NCBI RefSeq assembly: GCF_006345805.1
Contig: NC_043017.1
Span: forward strand, 2,976,001 to 3,040,000
From: Octopus sinensis
Lineage: Eukaryota
DNA length: 64,000 nucleotides
Direction of reading: 5' to 3'
The notes beneath the pieces were generated by a model that was given only the letters and a program-made list of their open reading frames with translations, did no database searches and was not told the origin of the DNA. Shown one piece after another: positions 39,052 through 53,559 of this stretch (positions are counted from its first letter, which is position 1; every line of letters begins with the position of its first letter). Made by a program: the position numbers and the translations under genes.

Positions 39052-39823
39052 TGTGTGTGTGTATATATATATGTATATATATGTATAGATATATATGTGT
39101 ATATATGAATATATATGCATATATGATTTTATATATACACTGGTGCATTTTAATATATTTATTATCTTAACGCATTATATATGTATTAGTTCAGATGTTG
39201 GTTAATGTACATTATGTTGTTGATCTAAGCTGTTTTGTTGTACGAATTGTCGAGCTTGCAAAATATAGTTATTCTAAACTTGTAGTAATCTAGTTCGATC
39301 CCTAGCTATTCCGATTATTCGCATAACTGTTGTTGTTTTTTTCTCTTCTTTTTTTTTGTAGATAGCGAAAAATATCTTTGCATTCACGCTATTGAAATCA
39401 ACAATTAGTCTTCAGCATTTTCGTAGGTGACTTCAACGATGCCCAAATCGGTGAAAAATGTGCCACATGTGCTCCTCTATCGACCTTCCATACATGGGAG
39501 TTTAATCCCTTTCAAAAAAGATGTGATTTCGAGAGACATGTTGCTACTATTTCTATAATGCTGGGTCTTGGCGTTTAAAAGAACCCGACAACCAGAAGAA
39601 AGATTTAATGTAGCTTGATTCAAACTGTTAAATACGCATTGACTGAATTAATTCCTTGTTGGAATGCCAATGATTGTAACTTCAATTGATAACAGTTGAT
39701 CTGGATCTAAAACAGTATCACAACAACGGCAGCTCTCCTTTAAGCATTTATAATTTTGTTTAAGCATTTATCACGGCTGAACTTACTCGGTGCCAGAGTT
39801 CAATCAACACATCTTTCTTACAA

Positions 39824-40115
39824 GGCGGTGAGCTGGCAGAAACGTTAGCCCGCGGGGCGAAATGCTTAGAGGTATTTCGTCTGTCGTTACGTTGTGAGTT
39901 CAAATTCCGCCGAGGTTGACTTTGCCTTTCATCTTTTCGGGGTCGATAAATTAATTACCAGTTCCGCACTGGGGACGATGTAATCGACTTAATACCTTTG
40001 TCTGTCCTTGTTTGTCTCCTCTATGTTTAGCCCCTTGTGGGTAATAAAGAAATTGGTATTTCGTCTGTCTTCACGTTCAAATTCTGTGATTAAATTCTGC
40101 CGAGATCGACTTTCT
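39824..40115 (+). mobile_element. SINE family A full unit plus start of a second unit
   Basis: The second unit begins GGTATTTCGTCTG at 40055. Confidence 0.9.
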
Positions 40116-41040
40116 TAGAATTGTGTAAATGTACAAGTTTCTTTGGAATACTCAGCCACGTACAGGCTAATTGAATGGCTATGTAGTTCAGATAATGAAA
40201 TAATCGAATGCTCATTCTCGAAAATTGCGAAGAAATCATCTTGGCTTTGTGACTAGAAACTAAGATATAAGAGAGAAGAGTTGCTAAGAAATGGACGGGG
40301 TTAAATAGGAGGGGAAAAAGGCGATGACAAAGGATGAAGTAAGGGATGTGGAATGGGAAATTAGGTTAAAAGAAAGAAAAAATATCGAGAGACAAAGAGA
40401 GAGAGAGAGAAAGATAGACAGACAGACAGACAGGGGGAGAGAGATAGAAAATGTGTGCGTGAATAACGAGAGAACTGTGTCTGAGTGAGAAAATTGTGTG
40501 TGTAGGTAGAAACGAGCGTGCGTGGGTGAGAATGAGTGAATTTGTATGTGTGTATGTGTATGTGAGACAGAGAGATGGAGAGACAGAGAGAGAAAGAGAG
40601 AGGAAAGAAGGTGTGTCGTTGGCTGGGAGGGAGAGAATGCGAGGAGAAGAGAGTGAGTGGTGATGTGAGAGAGGAACAGGAAGAAGGGGAGGCGAGATAC
40701 AACAGAGCTGAATTACAAACGGACACATTTAGCTACAGAAATATGACGTTAAATATTTTAAATATTTACGTTTCATTTCCTTTTTGTTTTAGCGCTGAAG
40801 TTAAATGTCTGTCTGTGGTCGTTAGTGTTTCTCGCAGATGCGTCAACGAGGGAGGCTGTCTTTTCTCATTGGTTTCGTGTTTGAGGAGACTTTAACGATT
40901 GAGGTTTTGCATAAACGACATCATATTTAACAGGTAAAATATTAACCGCACCTGGATACGATGCGACATCGTCACCACAATTATTTTATTTCCTTCTTCA
41001 TTCCTAAACGTTAAGACTCAGAGTTCTGTCATTGGGTTTC

Positions 41041-41272
41041 TTATTTCTTTACTACCCACAAGGGGCTAAACATAGAGAGGACAAACAAGGACAGACAAAG
41101 GGATTAAGTCGAATATATCGACCCCAGTGCGTAACTGGTACGTAATTTATCCACCCCGAAAGAATAAAAGACAAGGTCGACCTCAGCGGAATTTGAACTC
41201 AGAACGTAACGGCAGGAGAAATACCGCTAAACATGTCGCCCGGCGTGCTATCGTTTCTGCCAGCTCGGCGCC
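41041..41272 (-). mobile_element. SINE family A, full length
   Basis: Complete head, core and tail. Confidence 0.9.
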
Positions 41273-41635
41273 TTGGATAAGTTTATATTCATAGAAGTAA
41301 TCTGCTTTGGACTCGTTCCATTGACAAGGCCCACTGGAAGAGAGATTTTATACTGAAAGATAAAAAGGTGGAATAATCACGGTGCGGGAAACCCCTGAGA
41401 TTCTAGATCCGCTCAATCATGGTCGACTTGGCCTGGTGTTAAAGAACAGTAACAAGGATTATAATTCGATTGATTCCATTTCTTGTTTTATTTTTCATCG
41501 TTGCATTCCTGCAATACTCATACATTTTTTTTTAAATCGAAAAGAAAAATATTTTCGGTTGTTTAACCCATATCAGCTCTAAATTGAGATTAAACATGGT
41601 CGAATCTATCAAAACCTTATATCCAACAGGAATAG

Positions 41636-41845
41636 GTTCTCGAATACACCGGTCAAGGCATTATTCCGTATGTCAAGAGGAACAGTGTGGCTTCTGGTAA
41701 AGCGATATTCTTGCGAATAGACCCCAGTGTACTGTGTTGCAAGTTCGGCCATAGAACAGCCACGGCACCGACCACTGAACAAACAAGAACCCCTAACTCT
41801 CGCTGGGATGAAAACATATCTCAAAGACACCGGCAAACGTTTTTG
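41636..41845 (+). CDS. Candidate 210-nt phase 0-0 exon, product unknown
   Basis: AG acceptor at 41634-41635, GTAAAA donor at 41846, GC-richer unique island, 70 open codons VLEYTGQGIIPYVKRNSVASGKAIFLRIDPSVLCCKFG...RHRQTFL. Confidence 0.25.
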
Positions 41846-42145
41846 GTAAAAAAAACTTGAATTAGACATGATTTAATGTATTGTATGGATAACTATGTGT
41901 AACAAACATAGGTGGTTCTGTATAGTACAGGATACTATAGTATAATATATTTGCTAAGATCTGATCCTATATATGTAAGTGAAATTGCAATTGAAGACGT
42001 GTACTACATTAGAGATCCGCAGCTATGGATATTTATAAAAAAGCTACAGGTACGGATGTCTAATGTCGATATTTATGCGCTATCTAACAATCCACTTACA
42101 TAATGCATATCTAAAACATAAGGACATGCAGACGCATATAGTAAG

Positions 42146-42213
<68 letters not shown>

Positions 42214-42511
42214 TATATATATATAAATAGTGTTTCAATGTGTATGTGTGTGTCTATTATTTCTCTCCATATATATATATATATAGGTTTATATGAGTGT
42301 TTGCGTCTGTAACTATTATAAACGTGTTGAGGAAGAGGTTTATCGATGTATTGAGGTAATTACTTTTTACTTGCTAATATATCATTATATAATATACTAG
42401 GTTGAAGAATTTTCACTTTATAGAAATCTTCTTTCAAATATACGTGCGTACGGTATACACATACACACATATATATATATATATATAAATTAATATAGAC
42501 ATCCGTGTGTA

Positions 42512-42575
<64 letters not shown>

Positions 42576-44333
42576 GTGTGTGTGTGTGTGTTTGTGTGTA
42601 TGTATGAATATGTATGTGTATGCATCTAAGTATGTACGTATGCAGACAATTGCATAAATATGTATATGTGTGTGTGCATACACGCGCGTTTAAACCCATT
42701 TGTGTTAAATATTTTTCCATTCAAAATGGCCGAACGATTCAGGAATTGTAAATTGTATCTTACTCTGTTTTTGTCTGTTATATCCTCAGAACGTCTATAT
42801 TGAGCACCATTAAAGATAACTTGCGACTACTTTATGAGAGTCGTTCGAATATAGTTACTTTACTTTTCATTTGATTTCTTTTTTACCATTGTTTTTAAAA
42901 TATTAGCAATAATGTTGAGTTTATATCACTAAGAAATTGTCAAGATGTAAAGTACAATTGCTTATAGAAACAATACTGAATGTCAGCAAAGAACTTCCTC
43001 AAATTCAAGGCAAATATAAAGAGAATAGACTAGAAGGGAAAACGTTGAGAGGTATGTAGTATATCTGTGGTATTACCTGGAAATTTATACCTCACTAAAT
43101 AACAATGAAAACACTGAAACAGTATTAACAATAATTGCAGGACACTAGCATTACCTAACAAAGAAATAAATAAGCTTTATGTTTTAAAAGTGATATGAAA
43201 TTCTTTGAAAAATACTTCTGCAATTTACTAACATTTTGCTTTTATAGTTTCACAGATAATTATCACATCGACGTTCGATTTGTGCCTAATATATGTCCAC
43301 CGATTAAGTTAATGAGAATGATTCAGAAGTCATTTTAGCATTGAAATATTATACACCCTTTTGGTAGGTTTACTCTTGTGATTTTGCTTTATATAATCTT
43401 AATACTATCTTCCTTATTTTGTGGATAGTGTCATGTTTTCGCTAGTTCTTTCAGTTGCCTGTTAATTTCCGAGCACACAGCGACGCCATTTTCTCTTGCC
43501 GAGTTCTCGAACCGACACAACATGCAGGAAATCAGAGCTTAGAGGTGGAAAAGGGCTGCAGCAGAACCCGGGTAGCAATCAATACAAACGAGTAAACTGT
43601 AAACAGACTTGGCCTGAAGTTCTTCGCTAATAACACAATGCACTGCCGAGTCTCGGAATTGAACGCACGATTATGTGGTCGTAAACCGAACATCATATTC
43701 CACTAGGTTATGCACCAATATCTCTGAACGCTTTTTGATGTGTATGTGTGTGTGTGTGGTGTGTGTGTGTGTGTGTGTGCGTGTATTGCAAAGGCAGTGG
43801 TTGTTCGTAAGCGAGATATAGCTGCAAAGTTCTAGCTCAAATCCCAATTTTCTTTCTGGATAGTCAAGGCTGGAATGCCTTTGTATGTAGAGATATGTAC
43901 TGGCAACCATCTTTATCTACTGAAATGCATTACGAGATCATCATGTATCAAAAGGTATATGAAAAGATAAAAGGGAAAGTGAAAGATGGATAGAAAGAGA
44001 AACAGAAAGTGGAAGAGTGTGAGAGAGAGGGAGCGAAATAGATAGAAACTTGAGTTACGAAGTCAGAATATTTTAAAGCTTCAAATGTGGTCATCAGGTG
44101 TTGGTCAAGCTCAGGACAAACGAGAGGCCAGCTACAGTAGATTTACAATCAAGGGCATTCCAGTACAACGAATCCCAATGTTTTACATATCTCGGGTACC
44201 ATATCTTACCTTGGTATTTCATAAATTCCAGTGTTATTCTTATTCACCAATATTTGGTTAGGGGAACTGACTCGGTGCTAAACAGTTTCTTTCCGTATCT
44301 GTTCCCAGAAGTTACATTAAATTATGAGTACGC

Positions 44334-44521
44334 TTTTACTCTTTTACTTGTTTCAGTCATTTGACTATGGCCAAGTACTTATTGTATCGGTGTCTTTTGT
44401 CGAACCGCTAAGTTACTGGGACGTAAACACACCTGCATCGGTTGTCAAGCGATGTTGGGGGACAGGCACAGACATATAAATATGTACAAACACACATACA
44501 TACATAAATACATACACACAC

Positions 44522-44564
<43 letters not shown>

Positions 44565-44727
44565 CGACGGGATTCTTTCAGTTTTCAACTATCAAATCCA
44601 CTCACAAGGCTATGGTCAGTCTGAGACTATAGTAGAAGACACTTGCCCAAGGTGCCACGCAGTGGGACTGAACCCGGAACTATGTGGTTCGTAAGCAAGC
44701 TACTTACCACACAGCCACTTCTACGCC
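44334..44727 (-). mobile_element. SINE family C, near full length, internal microsatellite
   Basis: Head GCGTAGAAGTGGCTGTGTGGTAAG...GGTTCAGTCCC, internal (TA)n(TG)n, terminal CAAATGACTGAAACAAGTAAAAG. Confidence 0.85.
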
Positions 44728-45451
44728 ATTAGTAAGTTACATTGTTTTTAAAGCAATTTAATAGACAGATTATTCTCTGTAAGTTTTTTGGATATCGGGT
44801 GGGTCAGAATGCCAATAATAAACAAACGGACTGGTTCTATTGCACTTCCTCATTGTTCGTCACTTGGTTATGTTCTGAAATTATTTGCTCACAGAATGAA
44901 AAATAAAAAATAAAATCAAAATATAACAAAAGATCAATACAGTACATAACATCATCAAATATATTGTTCTGAAATCTAACATTAGGCAGCATGCTATCTA
45001 TAGGTAGATAACAGGCATCTAATAATAATAATAATGATAATAATAATAATAGAAGAAAGAAGAAGATAAAGAAGGAGGAAAGAAGAAGAGGAGAAGAAGA
45101 AGAAGAAGAAGAAGAAAAAGAAAAAAGAAGAAGAAGGTGAAGAAGAAGGAGAGGTGAAGAAGAAGAAGAAGAAGAAGAAGAAGAAGAAGAAGAAGAAGAA
45201 GAAGAAGAGCTATTTCAAATTTTGGCATCACCTCAGCAGTTTAGGACAAAGGTGCTGTTGTTCGATTGAATCAGCAACAGTACTTAATTGGTAATTATTT
45301 TACTAACCACGAAAGTATGAAAGGTAAATCGATTTCAAAAGAGATTCGAACTCACAATCACAACAGCCATAAAGACCAACCAATACACGAAATATAAAGA
45401 ATAATAATATTAACGATAATTAGAATGATGATGATGATGATGATGATGATG

Positions 45452-45497
<46 letters not shown>

Positions 45498-45841
45498 GTA
45501 TTAATTGTCATTATACAAGTACTGCATTAAGATTCATGCTTCTATTGTTTTCTCAGATTGCTTAAGCAATGAAAGAAATTTGGTGAGAAGAAGAAATCAA
45601 CATTGAATAATTTTGGCTTTTAACCGAGTAGCTAAATATCTAAGCATTTATTACTGTTATATATATATATATATATATATATGATATATATATTTAGATA
45701 TTGATTATGCAGTTATATAGAGATATATATATATATCTATAGATATATATATAATATATATATATATATGTATATAATATATATCTATGTATATATATAT
45801 GCATATATGCATATATTTATATATATATATGCTTATATCTA

Positions 45842-45898
<57 letters not shown>

Positions 45899-46738
45899 AT
45901 ATATTACATATATATATACGGATATTATATATGTGTGTTTGTATCTACACGTAGAGTATGTGTATATATATACACCCACACGAAAGCATACACAATACAT
46001 GCATGCAAAAAAGCACGCATACATTCATAAAACAACGCACACACACATACACTCACACACATATATACACACATATAGACGTCTATTATCGAATATATAT
46101 ACATACTTATCTTGGTATTGATTTATCACTTTCTTTTGTGATATGCTTTTTCTTTTCTTTTCTTTTTATTTCCATATTATTTTTTCTTTTTTTACTATTT
46201 TGTTTTTAGCTTTTGATGTTTCTTGTTCTGGAAATCATTTCTTCTTGATACCTTCTCTGTGAACCTCAGGCCATTTTATCACCTTGCTGCAAATTGGACA
46301 GCCTATTCTAAATAAAACTATGACTACTGAAGCGCAGGTGTCTATATTGTAATAAACTCACCTGTACATTTCTTGGCTTAAAAGGTTAGATAGATAATAA
46401 AAAAAAGACAAAGTAAGAAGAGGAAAAAAGAAAAGAAGAAACACACGATGATTAATAAACATATACATTTAAATATATTAGGGAAAGTAACAATAGAAAA
46501 AACGATTCTAAAAGTTAAGCGAACACAAAAGAGATAGTAATAGAAGGAACATCTACTTCGCTATTGATTCAGTATCTTTGTAAATGACAGAGAAAGGTCT
46601 GTTAGGCATTTCGAGAAAGTCATTGGGATTTAAGAGTATCTATTTAAAAGTTCGGATTGCAATAGAGAAACCGACTGAAGATGCAGTAAGAGATGCAATT
46701 ATTGTTGAAAATATCACACGCGTGCTGGCATACAGACA

Positions 46739-46784
<46 letters not shown>

Positions 46785-46943
46785 CACACATAATCATATA
46801 CATACACTCATTTATACACAGACTGTAACAGATTGGCACGCAAATAAAATAGCCAGACTCAAAAAAGTGGGGGACGAACTGACGCGCAGAGATGGAATTA
46901 CAATTCTCACCAGAGATATGTGTCGTATAAATTTATATATGCT

Positions 46944-46979
<36 letters not shown>

Positions 46980-47117
46980 GGCGGGGGTGTACATGGATAT
47001 ATATATATATTTATACATGTATATATATAAATGTATATATTTGTACGTACGTGTGTATGTATATTGTATATATATATGTGTGTGTGTATATATATATATA
47101 CTTGTATATGTGTGTAT

Positions 47118-47164
<47 letters not shown>

Positions 47165-47414
47165 ATTTAATCAAGAATATATACATATATATGAGTGTGT
47201 GTGTGTTTGTATAATAAAAACAGCACATACATCGTGACAGTTCAACGTTCGATCATTTAAGTAAGATATTCAATCGCGTAGAGAATACAAAACACAGCAA
47301 GTGTACAGTTTCTCTGAGTTTCATATCCATACGGATTAAATAGACAAGAACGAACGTAATATTTGCCATACAATCAGAATAAAGGACGATTTGCCACATG
47401 ATATATACATAGTC

Positions 47415-47590
47415 GCATTAGTGGTTGTGTGGTAAGTAGCTTGCTTTCCAACCACATGGTTCTGGGTCCAGTCTCACTTCGGGGCACCTTGGGCAAGTGT
47501 CTTCTCCTATAGCCTCAGGCCAACGAAAGACTTGTGGGTGAATTTGGTGGACGTAAACTGTAAGAATCCTGTCGTATATATATATATATT
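47415..47590 (+). mobile_element. SINE family C 5' half ending in (TA)n
   Basis: Matches 18928-19076. Confidence 0.8.
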
Positions 47591-47595
47591 ATATG

Positions 47596-47977
47596 ATTAG
47601 GGCTTAGTAAAATAAATTACTTTGCCACATACTGAAGCTGGTTCATCTGAAGCGACAAGTTCGCCGATAGGTAAAGTTCCTTCTTTTTAGTGTTTCCAAA
47701 TCCAAATTAAGAAATTTTGAGCTGACGAAAGAAATGCTGATTTTATTTGGCTAATCTTGAAACGTTGACGTACTCAAACGATCTATGTACTTGTGATATT
47801 TTTCTGTATTAGCAAACATTATCTGAGATATTTTTCTGAGATATTTTTCTGTATTAGCAAACATTATCTGAGAGAAATTTTCTTTAAGTAGTAGAAATGG
47901 CTAAAAAAAAATTTTTTTTGGCTGCTATTTCTATTAAGTTCAGTATGTGGCAAAGTATTTATTTTAACAACCCTAAT
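47596..47977. mobile_element. MITE-like element with about 40-bp imperfect TIRs
   Basis: ATTAGGG...AAAATAAATTACTTTGCCACATACTGAA (47596-47636) versus its reverse complement at 47939-47977. No clear TSD. Confidence 0.75.
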
Positions 47978-48116
47978 TAATAATGTAATATTTTGAATTC
48001 GCCTAAATGGTCCTTTTACATACTGAACACGGGTGAAATTGATTAATTAATTTTACCCTCAATTGTTGTATATATATATATAATAGATATATATAATATA
48101 TATATATATATAGATG

Positions 48117-48225
<109 letters not shown>

Positions 48226-48309
48226 TAATAATAATAAATATTAGGGAATAAATCCGAATTTACAGGGAAAAATCAGATTTAGGATTAAATCCAATTTATA
48301 GTAAAATAT

Positions 48310-48441
48310 TATATAATATTATTAGAGACAAAACCCACTATTTTGCAAAACAAACAAGGAAAGACTTAATCAATACATAAAATTTTATGTATTGATTAAG
48401 TCTTTCCTTGTTTGTTTTGCAAAATAGTGGTTTGTCTCTAA

Positions 48442-48453
<12 letters not shown>
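48310..48453. repeat. Loop-less palindrome, 73/71-bp arms
   Basis: Centre AAAA|TTTT at 48382/48383. The arms differ by only 2 inserted nt. Confidence 0.95.
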
Positions 48454-48490
<37 letters not shown>

Positions 48491-48669
48491 ATATATATGG
48501 GTGTGTGTGTATAGACGCAGAGTAAGAAGAAGGAGAGAGAAAGAGAGAATGACAGAAGGAGAGAGAAAGTGAGAAAGAGAGGAGGGAATTGATTGCTTCA
48601 CCACTTCCCCCCCTGTTGTTGATTATACACGTCAAAACCAGTCACTATTAAATGGGAACTGTATCAAAG

Positions 48670-49030
48670 GCATTCCATCGAGGCCGAAATTGCCTTTCAG
48701 TTTTTTTTCGGGGGTCAATAATATAACTAGCAATTGTGCACCGGGGCCGACGTAACCGACTTAGTACTTCCCTTGAAGTTGCTGACCTTGTGCCAAATTT
48801 TTAATCCAATGTTCAACTAGTATTCAAAGCGGCCAGCTTGAGAGAATCGTTAGCACACCGAGGAAAATACTTAGCGGGATTACGTTCTGGGTTCAAACGC
48901 TGCCGGGGTTGGCTTTTTCTTTTACCTTTTCAAGTTCGATAAATTATGAACCAGTTAGGCCCTGGCGTTGATGTCATCTTCTTACTTCCTCACCGGAAAC
49001 TCCAGGCATTGTACCAAGATTTTAAACCGA
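48670..49030 (+). mobile_element. Two diverged SINE family A copies
   Basis: Core remnants at 48670-48810 and a headed copy at 48826-49030. Confidence 0.6.
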
Positions 49031-49239
49031 TAAAAGGCACTATAAGCAGTAATAGCCGCAGTTTCAGTGGTAGTTGATCTTTTTTGTTTTGTTGTTGTCG
49101 ATAAAGTGTGGTCAACTGGTTATTTAAAAGGTCTTTGACCAGCACCTCCTTGAAGTTGACCATTGTCCAGTATGTAAATGGACTTATTCTACAACGATTT
49201 ACGGTCATATTTTGGGTAATATACAATTTTATTTACATT

Positions 49240-49383
49240 ATTTATATTATTTACATTTAATGGATATTTGTCCTTATCTTGTTTGTTGTTAACACAAAGT
49301 TTCGACTGCTTTACTCTCCAGCCTTCATTAGATATCTTGGGGAAATTTCGAACCTGGGTTCTCATCTCTAAGTTATTTTCCGA

Positions 49384-49424
<41 letters not shown>

Positions 49425-49498
49425 CCACTTCCTGGAATCGAACTCGAAATCTTGGGTTTCAGTAGCCCTCGCTCTTAACCACTACGCCATATGCCCGT
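49240..49498 (-). mobile_element. Composite element: tRNA-like head, (AAT)n, Penelope-type tail with degenerate hammerhead
   Basis: Minus strand GGGCATATGGCGTAGTGGTTAAGAGCG...GAGTTCGATTCCAGG, then (AAT)n, then a tail clearly homologous to 7286-7392. Confidence 0.7.
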
Positions 49499-50319
49499 GT
49501 AAATAACGTAAATAATGTAAACAACGTACATAATTCCTTATCTCTTAAATATAGAACTGTATTACATATTGAGTTGTCACCATTTCTGTCATTTTAAAAT
49601 AAATTACGATTTGCGATACATAATCCTTTGATACAGCTTCATATTACCAATCTCTTCTCTTTTTCTTTTTTTTTTGGTTCATTCTCAATGGCAGCACAAT
49701 ATTACTAGGACCAACTGCGAATTCCTCTTATTTGTCTTTCATTTCTCTCCCATTATGTGTTTGTGAAACACTTAATGACAAAACACACGGCACATTGTCT
49801 GGGATAAATAGACTCACTATAGCGTGAAATGTAGGTGATCAGTTTTTTTAACAATGCAAATATCTCGTTTTATTCAATGAATACTTATTTGTGTGTGCGA
49901 GAGAGAGAAAGCGAGAGAAAGAGTGCGTGTGTGTGTCTCGCTCTCTCCCTCTGTATATATTTATATACATATATATATGTATATATATGTGTGTGTAAAA
50001 ATATATATATATACATATATATGTGGGTATAAATATAAATATACACATACATGTATATATATATGTATATGCATTATATACACGAATATTATAAATGTTT
50101 TCATATCTATGATTATATTTGTGCTTATATATACATATATATATACACACACACATGCATAATGTATGTATGTGTGTGTACGAATACAGAATTGTTTTAC
50201 GTATACATGCATAAGGAAACACGTATACAATCACATTATAAGTATATACTTATATACAAGTCTCTCTCTATATATATACATATTATGTATGTATGATGGT
50301 AATATATATATATATATAC

Positions 50320-50394
<75 letters not shown>

Positions 50395-51170
50395 GACATA
50401 ATACACTTAAAAATAAAGTAACCAAACATTCTGATATATTTGATTAATTTACCAACATGAGATTTCATCTCTACACACGCACGTCGAACCACACGCACAC
50501 ACCCCCACACACACACTCACACACACACACACACACACACACAGAGGCACTCACAAAGACAACTATACACACAACTCAACACCTCATACGCAACTACAAA
50601 AAAAAAATAATTAAAAAATTAGGAGCACTCATTTAGTAAATTTTTGTTATTAGACAGCAGGAAAAAAAAACAATAATAATAATAATAATAATAATAATAG
50701 TAATAGTAATAGTAATAATGATAAAAACAGAATCGCTAAAGAGCTTTTAATGTTTCAAACCGATACAGATATTTTCACGAAAACACACACCTGCAACGCT
50801 GTATTTTCTTTTGTTTCTGAAGATCATAAAGCAGTTTTGGCAAAGAAAATTCAATAAAAACACGAAAAAGAAAGACCCAACTTGATTTATCAGTGAACGT
50901 AATGCAATAAGAGGAACTGAATATAGGAAACAGTGAAAAGCACGAAATGAAATAAGTTACAAAATGAAAATTATCGAAGACGTTTTGTGTTTTTAGTTTT
51001 TCTTTTAATTCTTTTTTTTTTAAATTTACTTTTTTTTTCGGTTTTCGTAGATAACGGAATGAAATGACAATTTTTGAACTAAGCTTTTACATTCCTCTCT
51101 CAATCATTCTCCCAATCTCTCTCACTCTCTCTCTCTAATATATATATATATATATATCTATATATATATA

Positions 51171-51201
<31 letters not shown>

Positions 51202-51876
51202 CATATATATATAATACATATATATCTATTACTTATTATATATATATATATATATACAGATATACCTAATGTATACATTACATTTTATTTATATATATAT
51301 ATATATATTATATATATTATATATCTATATATATAAATATATAAGCATATATATGTGTATATATTACATACACACACCCATATATGCACACATATACATT
51401 GTAAATATATGCATTATAATTCATATACGTATGTATACAGACATGTATATATATGTCTACATACATACATATATATATACATATATATATATTTGTGTGT
51501 ATATATATAAGAATGTATATATGTATATATATATTTTTATACGCGTAATTGGTTTATATGGGCACACACCCACCTACATATGCACACATACTTTCCAGTA
51601 TACACACATACACATGTATATTGAAGTACACGCATCGAAACACGCACGTAAGAATATAGGCAGATACTTTAAAGAGTAAGATAAGAAATCCAGCTGTGCA
51701 TTAAACTGCAATAGATAAAAGATCTTTTTAGAGTTGAATTTCACTGGTAAAATATTCAGGTACATTGTAAAGCAAATCTCTTAATTTATTATATGAACTG
51801 TTGCTGGTATGTTATAAACCAAACACAACATATACATACATACACACACACCACACACACACACATATATATATAT

Positions 51877-51922
<46 letters not shown>

Positions 51923-52033
51923 TATATATACATATATACATACATACATATATATATATATACATATACATATATATATATATATATATACATATACATA
52001 GATATATATATACATATACATATATATATATAT

Positions 52034-52065
<32 letters not shown>

Positions 52066-52105
52066 CATATATATATATAGTTATATATATATATATTTAT
52101 ATTAT

Positions 52106-52181
<76 letters not shown>

Positions 52182-52694
52182 CTATATAAATCTTTATATA
52201 TATATCTATATTGTGTTAGTCTTGTATTTATATAATAAATACAATATATTGTGTGTTCGTATGTAGGTTTGTGTGTATGAGGTTGTGTACGTATATGTAT
52301 ATATGAATGTATTTGATTCTATTATTTATCATGTCACCTGATCAGATATCACTTGTTCATGCTGACACATTTACTCTCTGATACTGTTACGATAGTCATT
52401 TTAAAACATGTATGTGCGCGTTTAGATTTATACAGCTGTTTGATACGTTTCAGAATGTTTCCAAACTCTCTCCATTATTTATCTAAGACCTGTGCGCTGC
52501 CATTTCATATCAAATCATTTCTTATGATATTCTGTCTAATATGAAATATAAATTGAAAGAAATTTTGTTACTTTTGATGTTTATCCGCCCACTGCTTCTC
52601 TGTTAGTGTTTCAATGTATTCGCAAGTCTGAGATTGTACTACGCAATATACAGGTATTAAGCATACAAATACTAAAAATACGCAAAAATATATG

Positions 52695-52997
52695 TTTTTG
52701 TTGTTTGTGCCTTCTCAAGCCATGCCTGGATCATAAGGGACGGTTTCCCGGTTTTCTTGGCGTATAGGTTACCCACCTGTACGGGACGCCGGTCTATCGG
52801 AGGTGAGCTGCTAGATGACAGAGGAAAGAATGAGAGAAAGTTATGGCGAAAGAGTCAGCAGAAGTTCGCCATTACCTTCTGCCGGAGCCGCGTGGAGCTT
52901 AGGTTTTTCGCTCATAAACACACACATCACCCGGTCTGAGATTCGAACCCACGATTACTCGACCGTGAGTCCGCTTCTCTATCCACTAGGCTATGTG
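52695..52997 (-). mobile_element. SINE family B, full length
   Basis: Reverse-complement homolog of 32741-33025. Confidence 0.85.
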
Positions 52998-53159
52998 TAT
53001 GCATGTAATAATGTATGTATGTATGTATGTATGTATGTATGTATGTATGTATGTATGTATGTATGTATGTATGCAAGTATGTATATACGTATGTATGTAT
53101 GTATGTATGTATGTATGTATGTATGTATGTATGTATGTGTATGTATGTGTGAGTTTGTG

Positions 53160-53350
53160 TCCCTGTGAGTGTTGATATCTGTAATTGTATCTCCCAGTAC
53201 ATCTTAACTACCGGTGTTAGTTTGTTTACGTCTCAGTAAATTATCGGTTATCGGTTCGTCAAAGCAGTCCAATAGAATAAATATAAGGTCGATAAAAGAA
53301 ATATTTATTAGGATAAATTTGGTCGACTGAAACCCTATAAGGTTATGTCC
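53160..53350 (+). mobile_element. SINE family C 3' half, highly diverged
   Basis: TTTGTTTACGTCTCAGTAA...GGTTCGTCAAAG...ATAGAATAA...GGTCGACTGAAACC. Confidence 0.5.
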
Positions 53351-53559
53351 CAGCCAAAATTATATGTGATAAGTTGGACATTTTAAAATGTGTGTTAACA
53401 TTAACATAAAAATTGATGAGGGGAAGAAAGGGGAGGAGTTACGGAGGGATAAGTGTTGGCATTCTCTACAAACTATGTGGAGATATATATGAAACTGTAC
53501 TTCTAATATTAGAGAGCCACCAATATGTGCAACCAGGGAAGACCATAGATAACATCAGA

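Noticed and set aside
43455-43591. Open frame containing HSDAIF (VIP/PACAP-like) and a CGCCATTTT YY1-like motif
   Set aside because: A six-residue match with no downstream peptide similarity or cleavage sites. A single short motif is not evidence of a promoter.
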